Below, one piece after another: positions 53,400 through 64,000 of a DNA stretch of 64,000 bases. Within the stretch, counting starts at the first letter, position 1, and every line of letters begins with the position of its first letter. Made by a program: the position numbers and the translations under genes. This DNA is from Auanema rhodensis (lineage: Eukaryota; Animalia; Nematoda): positions 21,204,001 to 21,268,000 of the forward strand of contig OZ059894.1 of the NCBI GenBank assembly GCA_964057225.1, given 5' to 3'. The notes under the pieces were generated by a model, which was not told the DNA's origin, did no database searches, and worked only from the letters and a program-made list of their open reading frames with translations.

Positions 53400-56100
53400 C
53401 AAAGACGATGGACAATGTTATTCAACGAAAAAATTAATTCTTCAGGGTGAAAATCGAGGATATAAGTGTGAACTTATATCAGTTGATATCTCGGTGCATT
53501 TTTAAGCTAGCGCAAATCTGATAACACAGATCGACGCAGCTTAAAAATCCGCATCGAATGCACTATACTACATTGAGAAACGTTTGATACAAAAATTAGT
53601 TATGATCGTTTGAAAAATGATGCATTAGTGTATGTTGAGTTTCCATGTACACTCAACATTGCTTCCAAAAACATTTTGACAAAAATTTTTTCGAAAAATT
53701 TCAAAATAATTTAGCAAAAAGTAGATGTTTTTAGATTCCTGTTTTTAAGGCAAAGACGATGGACAATGTTATTCAACGAAAAAATTAATTCTTCAGGGTG
53801 AAAATCGAGGATATAAGTGTGAACTTATATCAGTTGATATCTCGGTGCATTTTTAAGCTAGCGCAAATCTGATAACACAGATCGACGCAGCTTAAAAATC
53901 CGCATCGAATGCACTATACTACATTGAGAAACGCTTAATACACAAATTAGTTATGATCGTTTGAAAAATGATGCATTAGTGTATGTTGAGTTTCCATGTA
54001 CACTCAACATTGCTTCCAAAAACATTTTGACAAAAATTTTTTCGAAAAATTTCAAAATAATTTAGCAAAAAGTAGATGTTTTTAGATTCCTTTTTTTAAG
54101 GCAAAGACGATGGACAATGTTATTCAACGAAAAAATTAATTCTTCAGGGTGAAAATCGAGGATATAAGTGTGAACTTATATCAGTTGATATCTCGGTGCA
54201 TTTTTAAGCTAGCGCAAATCTGATAACACAGATCGACGCAGCTTAAAAATCCGCATCGAATGCACTATACTACATTGAGAAACGTTTGATACAAAAATTA
54301 GTTATGATCGTTTGAAAAATGATGCATTAGTGTATGTTGAGTTTCCATGTACACTCAACATTGCTTCCAAAAACATTTTGACAAAAATTTTTTCGAAAAA
54401 TTTCAAAATAATTTAGCAAAAAGTAGATGTTTTTAGATTCCTTTTTTTAAGGCAAAGACGATGGACAATGTTATTCAACGAAAAAATTAATTCTTCAGGG
54501 TGAAAATCGAGGATATAAGTGTGAACTTATATCAGTTGATATCTCGGTGCATTTTTAAGCTAGCGCAAATCTGATAACACAGATCGACGCAGCTTAAAAA
54601 TCCGCATCGAATGCACTATACTACATTGAGAAACGCTTAATACACAAATTAGTTATGATCGTTTGAAAAATGATGCATTAGTGTATGTTGAGTTTCCATG
54701 TACACTCAACATTGCTTCCAAAAACATTTTGACAAAAATTTTTTCGAAAAATTTCAAAATAATTTAGCAAAAAGTAGATGTTTTTAGATTCCTTTTTTTA
54801 AGGCAAAGACGATGGACAATGTTATTCAACGAAAAAATTGATTCTTCAGGGTGAAAATCGAGGATATAAGTGTGAACTTATATCAGTTGATATCTCGGTG
54901 CATTTTTAAGCTAGCGCAAATCTGATAACACAGATCGACGCAGCTTAAAAATCCGCATCGAATGCACTATACTACATTGAGAAACGTTTGATACAAAAAT
55001 TAGTTATGATCGTTTGAAAAATGATGCATTAGTGTATGTTGAGTTTCCATGTACACTCAACATTGCTTCCAAAAACATTTTGACAAAAATTTTTTCGAAA
55101 AATTTCAAAATAATTTAGCAAAAAGTAGATGTTTTTAGATTCCTTTTTTTAAGGCAAAGACGATGGACAATGTTATTCAACGAAAAAATTAATTCTTCAG
55201 GGTGAAAATCGAGGATATAAGTGTGAACTTATATCAGTTGATATCTCGGTGCATTTTTAAGCTAGCGCAAATCTGATAACACAGATCGACGCAGCTTAAA
55301 AATCCGCATCGAATGCACTATACTACATTGAGAAACGCTTAATACACAAATTAGTTATGATCGTTTGAAAAATGATGCATTAGTGTATGTTGAGTTTCCA
55401 TGTACACTCAACATTGCTTCCAAAAACATTTTGACAAAAATTTTTTCGAAAAATTTCAAAATAATTTAGCAAAAAGTAGATGTTTTTAGATTCCTTTTTT
55501 TAAGGCAAAGACGATGGACAATGTTATTCAACGAAAAAATTAATTCTTCAGGGTGAAAATCGAGGATATAAGTGTGAACTTATATCAGTTGATATCTCGG
55601 TGCATTTTTAAGCTAGCGCAAATCTGATAACACAGATCGACGCAGCTTAAAAATCCGCATCGAATGCACTATACTACATTAAGAAACGTTTGATACAAAA
55701 ATTAGTTATGATCGTTTGAAAAATGATGCATTAGTGTATGTTGAGTTTCCATGTACACTCAACATTGCTTCCAAAAACATTTTGACAAAAATTTTTTCGA
55801 AAAATTTCAAAATAATTTAGCAAAAAGTAGATGTTTTTAGATTCCTTTTTTTAAGGCAAAGACGATGGACAATGTTATTCAACGAAAAAATTAATTCTTC
55901 AGGGTGAAAATCGAGGATATAAGTGTGAACTTATATCAGTTGATATCTCGGTGCATTTTTAAGCTAGCGCAAATCTGATAACACAGATCGACGCAGCTTA
56001 AAAATCCGCATCGAATGCACTATACTACATTGAGAAACGCTTAATACACAAATTAGTTATGATCGTTTGAAAAATGATGCATTAGTGTATGTTGAGTTTC
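53400..56100. repeat. Dimeric (702-bp) higher-order repeat, about 4 units
   Basis: CGTTTGATACAAAA monomers (about 53583, 54285, 54987, 55689) alternate strictly with CGCTTAATACACAA monomers (about 53934, 54636, 55338, 56040). Confidence 0.85.
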
Positions 56101-59100
56101 CATGTACACTCAACATTGCTTCCAAAAACATTTTGACAAAAATTTTTTCGAAAAATTTCAAAATAATTTAGCAAAAAGTAGATGTTTTTAGATTTCTTTT
56201 TTCAAGGCAAAGACGATGGACAATGTTATTCAACGAAAAAATTAATTCTTCAGAGTGAAAATCGAGGATATAAGTGTGAACTTATATCAGTTGATATCTC
56301 GGTGCATTTTTAAGCTAGCGCAAATCTGATAACACAGATCGACGCAGCTTAAAAATCCGCATCGAATGCACTATACTACATCAAGAAACGCTTAATACAC
56401 AAATTAGTTATGATCGTTTGAAAAATGATGCATTAGTGTATGTTGAGTTTCCATGTACACTCAACATTGCTTCCAAAAACATTTTGACAAAAATTTTTTC
56501 GAAAAATTTTAAAATAATTCAGCAAAAAGTAGATGTTTTTAGATTCCTTTTTTTAAGGCAAAGACGATGGACAATGTTATTCAACGAAAAAATTAATTCT
56601 TCAGGGTGAAAATCGAGGATATAAGTGTGAACTTATATCAGTTGATATCTCGGTGCATTTTTAAGCTAGCGCAAATCTGATAACACAGATCGACGCAGCT
56701 TAAAAATCCGCATCGAATGCACTATACTACATTGAGAAACGCTTAATACAAAAATTAGTTATGATCGTTTGAAAAATGATGCATTAGTGTATGTTGAGTT
56801 TCCATGTACACTCAACATTGCTTCCAAAAACATTTTGACAAAAATTTTTTCGAAAAATTTCAAAATAATTTAGCAAAAAGTAGATGTTTTTAGATTTCTT
56901 TTTTCAAGGCAAAGACGATGGACAATGTTATTCAACGAAAAAATTAATTCTTCAGGGTGAAAATCGAGGATATAAGTGTGAACTTATATCAGTTGATATC
57001 TCGGTGCATTTTTAAGCTAGCGCAAATCTGATAACACAGATCGACGCATCTTAAAAATCCGCATCGAATGCACTATACTACATCAAGAAACGCTTAATAC
57101 ACAAATTAGTTATGATCGTTTGAAAAATGATGCATTAGTGTATGTTGAGTTTCCATGTACACTCAACATTGCTTCCAAAAACATTTTGACAAAAATTTTT
57201 TCGAAAAATTTCAAAATAATTTAGCAAAAAGTAGATGTTTTTAGATTTCTTTTTTTAAGGCAAAGACGATGGACAATGTTATTCAACGAAAAAATTAATT
57301 CTTCAGGGTGAAAATCGAGGATATAAGTGTGAACTTATATCAGTTGATATCTCGGTGCATTTTTAAGCTAGCGCAAATCTGATAACACAGATCGACGCAG
57401 CTTAAAAATCCGCATCGAATGCACTATACTACATTGAGAAACGCTTAATACAAAAATTAGTTATGATCGTTTGAAAAATGATGCATTAGTGTATGTTGAG
57501 TTTCCATGTACACTCAACATTGCTTCCAAAAACATTTTGACAAAAATTTTTTCGAAAAATTTCAAAATAATTTAGCTAAAAGTAGATGTTTTTAGATTCC
57601 TTTTTTCAAGGCAAAGACGATGGACAATGTTATTCAACGAAAAAATTAATTCTTCAGGGTGAAAATCGAGGATATAAGTGTGAACTTATATCAGTTGATA
57701 TCTCGGTGCATTTTTAAGCTAGCGCAAATCTGATAACACAGATCGACGCAGCTTAAAAATCCGCATCGAATGCACTATACTACATTGAGAAACGCTTAAT
57801 ACACAAATTAGTTATGATCGTTTGAAAAATGATGCATTAGTGTATGTTGAGTTTCCATGTACACTCAACATTGCTTCCAAAAACATTTTGACAAAAATTT
57901 TTTCGAAAAATTTCAAAATAATTTAGCAAAAAGTAGATGTTTTTAGATTCCTTTTTTCAAGGCAAAGACGATGGACAATGTTATTCAACGAAAAAATTAA
58001 TTCTTCAGGGTGAAAATCGAGGATATAAGTGTGAACTTATATCAGTTGATATCTCGGTGCATTTTTAAGCTAGCGCAAATCTGATAACACAGATCGACGC
58101 AGCTTAAAAATCCGCATCGAATGCACTATACTACATTGAGAAACGTTTGATACAAAAATTAGTTATGATCGTTTGAAAAATGATGCATTAGTGTATGTTG
58201 AGTTTCCATGTACACTCAACATTGCTTCCAAAAACATTTTGACAAAAATTTTTTCGAAAAATTTCAAAATAATTTAGCAAAAAGTAGATGTTTTAAGATT
58301 TATTTTTTCAAGGCAAAGACGATGGACAATGTTATTCAACGAAAAAATTAATTCTTCAGGGTGAAAATCGAGGATATAAGTGTGAACTTATATCAGTTGA
58401 TATCTCGGTGCATTTTTAAGCTAGCGCAAATCTGATAACACAGATCGACGCAGCTTAAAAATCCGCATCGAATGCACTATACTACATTGAGAAACGCTTA
58501 ATACACAAATTAGTTATGATCGTTTGAAAAATGATGCATTAGTGTATGTTGAGTTTCCATGTACACTCAACATTGCTTCCAAAAACATTTTGACAAAAAT
58601 TTTTTCGAAAAATTTCAAAATAATTTAGCAAAAAGTAGATGTTTTTAGATTTCTTTTTTCAAGGCAAAGACGATGGACAATGTTATTCAACGAAAAAATT
58701 AATTCTTCAGGGTGAAAATCGAGGATATAAGTGTGAACATATATCAGTTGATATCTCGGTGCATTTTTAAGCTAGCGCAAATCGGATAACACAGATGGAC
58801 GCAGCTTAAAAATCCGCATCGAATGCACTATACTACATCAAGAAACTTTTAATACACAAATTAGTTATGATCGTTTGAAAAATGATGCATTAGTGTATGT
58901 TGAGTTTCCATGTACACTCAACATTGCTTCCAAAAACATTTTGACAAAAATTTTTTCGAAAAATTTCAAAATAATTTAGCAAAAGGTAGATGTTTTTAGA
59001 TTCCTTTTTTTAAGGCAAAGACGATGGACAATGTTATTCAACGAAAAAATTAATTCTTCAGGGTGAAAATCGAGGATATAAGTGTGAACTTATATCAGTT

Positions 59101-62100
59101 GATATCTCGGTGCATTTTTAAGCTAGCGCAAATCTGATAACACAGATCGACGCAGCTTAAAAATCCGCATCGAATGCACTATACTACATTGAGAAACGCT
59201 TAATACAAAAATTAGTTATGATCGTTTGAAAAATGATGCATTAGTGTATGTTGAGTTTCCATGTACACTCAACATTGCTTCCAAAAACATTTTGACAAAA
59301 ATTTTTTCGAAAAATTTCAAAATAATTTAGCAAAAAGTAGATGTTTTTAGATTCCTTTTTTTAAGGCAAAGACGATGGACAATGTTATTCAACGAAAAAA
59401 TTAATTCTTCAGGGTGAAAATCGAGTATATAAGTGTGAACTTATATCAGTTGATATCTCGGTGCATTTTTAAGCTAGCGCAAATCTGATAACACAGATCG
59501 ACGCAGCTTAAAAATCCGCATCGAATGCACTATACTACATTGAGAAACGCTTAATACACAAATTAGTTATAATCGTTTGAAAAATGATGCATTAGTGTAT
59601 GTTGAGTTTCCATGTACACTCAACATTGCTTCCAAAAACATTTTGACAAAAATTTTTTCGAAAAATTTCAAAATAATTTAGCAAAAAGTAGATGTTTTTA
59701 GATTTCTTTTTTCAAGGCAAAGACGATGGACAATGTTATTCAACGAAAAAATTAATTCTTCAGGGTGAAAATCGAGGATATAAGTGTGAACTTATATCAG
59801 TTGATATCTCGGTGCATTTTTAAGCTAGCGCAAATCTGATAACACAGATCGACGCATCTTAAAAATCCGCATCGAATGCACTATACTACATCAAGAAACG
59901 CTTAATACACAAATTAGTTATGATCGTTTGAAAAATGATGCATTAGTGTATGTTGAGTTTCCATGTACACTCAACATTGCTTCCAAAAACATTTTGACAA
60001 AAATTTTTTCGAAAAATTTCAAAATAATTTAGCAAAAAGTAGATGTTTTTAGATTTCTTTTTTTAAGGCAAAGACGATGGACAATGTTATTCAACGAAAA
60101 AATTAATTCTTCAGGGTGAAAATCGAGGATATAAGTGTGAACTTATATCAGTTGATATCTCGGTGCATTTTTAAGCTAGCGCAAATCTGATAACACAGAT
60201 CGACGCAGCTTAAAAATCCGCATCGAATGCACTATACTACATTGAGAAACGCTTAATACAAAAATTAGTTATGATCGTTTGAAAAATGATGCATTAGTGT
60301 ATGTTGAGTTTCCATGTACACTCAACATTGCTTCCAAAAACATTTTGACAAAAATTTTTTCGAAAAATTTCAAAATAATTTAGCAAAAAGTAGATGTTTT
60401 TAGATTTCTTTTTTCAAGGCAAAGACGATGGACAATGTTATTCAACGAAAAAATTAATTCTTCAGGGTGAAAATCGAGGATATAAGTGTGAACATATATC
60501 AGTTGATATCTCGGTGCATTTTTAAGCTAGCGCAAATCGGATAACACAGATGGACGCAGCTTAAAAATCCGCATCGAATGCACTATACTACATCAAGAAA
60601 CTTTTAATACACAAATTAGTTATGATCGTTTGAAAAATGATGCATTAGTGTATGTTGAGTTTCCATGTACACTCAACATTGCTTCCAAAAACATTTTGAC
60701 AAAAATTTTTTCGAAAAATTTCAAAATAATTTAGCAAAAGGTAGATGTTTTTAGATTCCTTTTTTTAAGGCAAAGACGATGGACAATGTTATTCAACGAA
60801 AAAATTAATTCTTCAGGGTGAAAATCGAGGATATAAGTGTGAACTTATATCAGTTGATATCTCGGTGCATTTTTAAGCTAGCGCAAATCTGATAACACAG
60901 ATCGACGCAGCTTAAAAATCCGCATCGAATGCACTATACTACATTGAGAAACGCTTAATACAAAAATTAGTTATGATCGTTTGAAAAATGATGCATTAGT
61001 GTATGTTGAGTTTCCATGTACACTCAACATTGCTTCCAAAAACATTTTGACAAAAATTTTTTCGAAAAATTTCAAAATAATTTAGCAAAAAGTAGATGTT
61101 TTTAGATTCCTTTTTTTAAGGCAAAGACGATGGACAATGTTATTCAACGAAAAAATTAATTCTTCAGGGTGAAAATCGAGGATATAAGTGTGAACTTATA
61201 TCAGTTGATATCTCGGTGCATTTTTACGCTAGCGCAAATCTGATAACACAGATCGACGCAGCTTAAAAATCCGCATCGAATGCACTATACTACATTGAGA
61301 AACGCTTAATACACAAATTAGTTATGATCGTTTGAAAAATGATGCATTAGTGTATGTTGAGTTTCCATGTACACTCAACATTGCTTCCAAAAACATTTTG
61401 ACAAAAATTTTTTCGAAAAATTTCAAAATAATTTAGCAAAAAGTAGATGTTTTTAGATTCCTTTTTTTAAGGCAAAGACGATGGACAATGTTATTCAACG
61501 AAAAAATTAATTCTTCAGGGTGAAAATCGAGGATATAAGTGTGAACTTATATCAGTTGATATCTCGGTGCATTTTTAAGCTAGCGCAAATCTGATAACAC
61601 AGATCGACGCAGCTTAAAAATCCGCATCGAATGCACTATACTACATTGAGAAACGCTTAATACACAAATTAGTTATAATCGTTTGAAAAATGATGCATTA
61701 GTGTATGTTGAGTTTCCATGTACACTCAACATTGCTTCCAAAAACATTTTGACAAAAATTTTTTCGAAAAATTTCAAAATAATTTAGCAAAAAGTAGATG
61801 TTTTTAGATTTCTTTTTTCAAGGCAAAGACGATGGACAATGTTATTCAACGAAAAAATTAATTCTTCAGGGTGAAAATCGAGGATATAAGTGTGAACTTA
61901 TATCAGTTGATATCTCGGTGCATTTTTAAGCTAGCGCAAATCTGATAACACAGATCGACGCATCTTAAAAATCCGCATCGAATGCACTATACTACATCAA
62001 GAAACGCTTAATACACAAATTAGTTATGATCGTTTGAAAAATGATGCATTAGTGTATGTTGAGTTTCCATGTACACTCAACATTGCTTCCAAAAACATTT

Positions 62101-64000
62101 TGACAAAAATTTTTTCGAAAAATTTCAAAATAATTTAGCAAAAAGTAGATGTTTTTAGATTTCTTTTTTTAAGGCAAAGACGATGGACAATGTTATTCAA
62201 CGAAAAAATTAATTCTTCAGGGTGAAAATCGAGGATATAAGTGTGAACTTATATCAGTTGATATCTCGGTGCATTTTTAAGCTAGCGCAAATCTGATAAC
62301 ACAGATCGACGCAGCTTAAAAATCCGCATCGAATGCACTATACTACATTGAGAAACGCTTAATACAAAAATTAGTTATGATCGTTTGAAAAATGATGCAT
62401 TAGTGTATGTTGAGTTTCCATGTACACTCAACATTGCTTCCAAAAACATTTTGACAAAAATTTTTTCGAAAAATTTCAAAATAATTTAGCAAAAAGTAGA
62501 TGTTTTTAGATTTCTTTTTTCAAGGCAAAGACGATGGACAATGTTATTCAACGAAAAAATTAATTCTTCAGGGTGAAAATCGAGGATATAAGTGTAAACT
62601 TATATCAGTTGATATCTCGGTGCATTTTTAAGCTAGCGCAAATCTGATAACACAGATCGACGCAGCTTAAAAATCCGCATCGAATGCACTATACTACATT
62701 GAAAAACGCTTAATACAAAAATTAGTTATGATCGTTTGAAAAATGATGCATTAGTGTATGTTGAGTTTCCATGTACACTCAACATTGCTTCCAAAAACAT
62801 TTTGACAAAAATTTTTTCGAAAAATTTCAGAATAATTCAGCAAAAAGTAGATGTTTTTAGATTCCTTTTTCCAAGGCAAAGACGATGGACAATGTTATTC
62901 AACGAAAAAATTAATTCTTCAGGGTGAAAATCGAGGATATAAGTGTGAACTTATATCAGTTGATATCTCGGTGCATTTTTAAGCTAGCGCAAATCTGATA
63001 ACACAGATCGACGCAGCTTAAAAATCCGCATCGAATGCACTATACTACATTGAGAAACGTTTGATACAAAAATTAGTTATGATCGTTTGAAAAATGATGC
63101 ATTAGTGTATGTTGAGTTTCCATGTACACTCAACATTGCTTCCAAAAACATTTTGACAAAAATTTTTTCGAAAAATTTCAAAATAATTTAGCAAAAAGTA
63201 GATGTTTTTAGATTTCTTTTTTCAAGGCAAAGACGATGGACAATGTTATTCAACGAAAAAATTAATTCTTCAGGGTGAAAATCGAGGATATAAGTGTGAA
63301 CTTATATCAGTTGATATCTCGGTGCATTTTTAAGCTAGCGCAAATCTGATAACACAGATCGACGCAGCTTAAAAATCCGCATCGAATGCACTATACTACA
63401 TTGAGAAACGCTTAATACACAAATTAGTTATGATCGTTTGAAAAATGATGCATTAGTGTATGTTGAGTTTCCATGTACACTCAACATTGCTTCCAAAAAC
63501 ATTTTGACAAAAATTTTTTCGAAAAATTTCAAAATAATTTAGCAAAAAGTAGATGTTTTTAGATTTCTTTTTTCAAGGCAAAGACGATGGACAATGTTAT
63601 TCAACGAAAAAATTAATTCTTCAGGGTGAAAATCGAGGATATAAGTGTGAACATATATCAGTTGATATCTCGGTGCATTTTTAAGCTAGCGCAAATCGGA
63701 TAACACAGATGGACGCAGCTTAAAAATCCGCATCGAATGCACTATACTACATCAAGAAACTTTTAATACACAAATTAGTTATGATCGTTTGAAAAATGAT
63801 GCATTAGTGTATGTTGAGTTTCCATGTACACTCAACATTGCTTCCAAAAACATTTTGACAAAAATTTTTTCGAAAAATTTCAAAATAATTTAGCAAAAAG
63901 TAGATGTTTTTAGATTCCTTTTTTTAAGGCAAAGACGATGGACAATGTTATTCAACGAAAAAATTAATTCTTCAGGGTGAAAATCGAGGATATAAGTGTG

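Larger units (their letters stand above)
1..64000. repeat. Tandem satellite DNA array, 351-bp AT-rich monomer, about 182 head-to-tail copies, extending beyond both window edges
   Basis: Positions 1-9 (AATAATTTA) recur at 352 and every 351 bp thereafter. ORF-track starts differ by exact multiples of 351 (3767 to 23072 = 55x351; 28689 to 62736 = 97x351). I saw no foreign sequence or orientation switch. Copies differ by a few substitutions. Confidence 0.99.

Noticed and set aside
3767-62927. 21 near-identical 63-aa ORFs (MKNDALVYVEF...) as a multicopy gene
   Set aside because: They start at TTG, not ATG. About 160 other monomers have an in-frame TAG. The peptide is K/F/I/N-rich as expected from A/T tracts, and I recognise no domain.
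1-64000. CRISPR array
   Set aside because: There are no unique spacers; the entire 351-bp unit is repeated.

Overview
The whole 64-kb window is one uninterrupted head-to-tail array of a 351-bp AT-rich monomer (about 182 copies; copy 1 = 1-351; about 31% GC by hand count). This is eukaryotic-type satellite DNA, probably (peri)centromeric heterochromatin. I cannot assign it to a named family or species. No protein-coding gene, RNA gene, transposon insertion or CRISPR array is supported. The 21 listed 63-aa ORFs are TTG-started by-products of a TAG>CAG variant of the monomer. Copies differ by only a few substitutions, and only one indel (+1 T at about 26010-26017) breaks the 351-bp phase. Rare shared variants reveal local higher-order repeats and block duplications at offsets of 2, 3, 5, 10, 11, 12, 13/14 and 15 monomers. 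The monomer itself is highly structured. It contains (i) a roughly 122-bp module with three concentric inverted motif pairs around one axis, (ii) a perfect 9-bp hairpin whose three loop alleles are all GNRA, and (iii) several further stems. Any function for these structures is hypothesis only.
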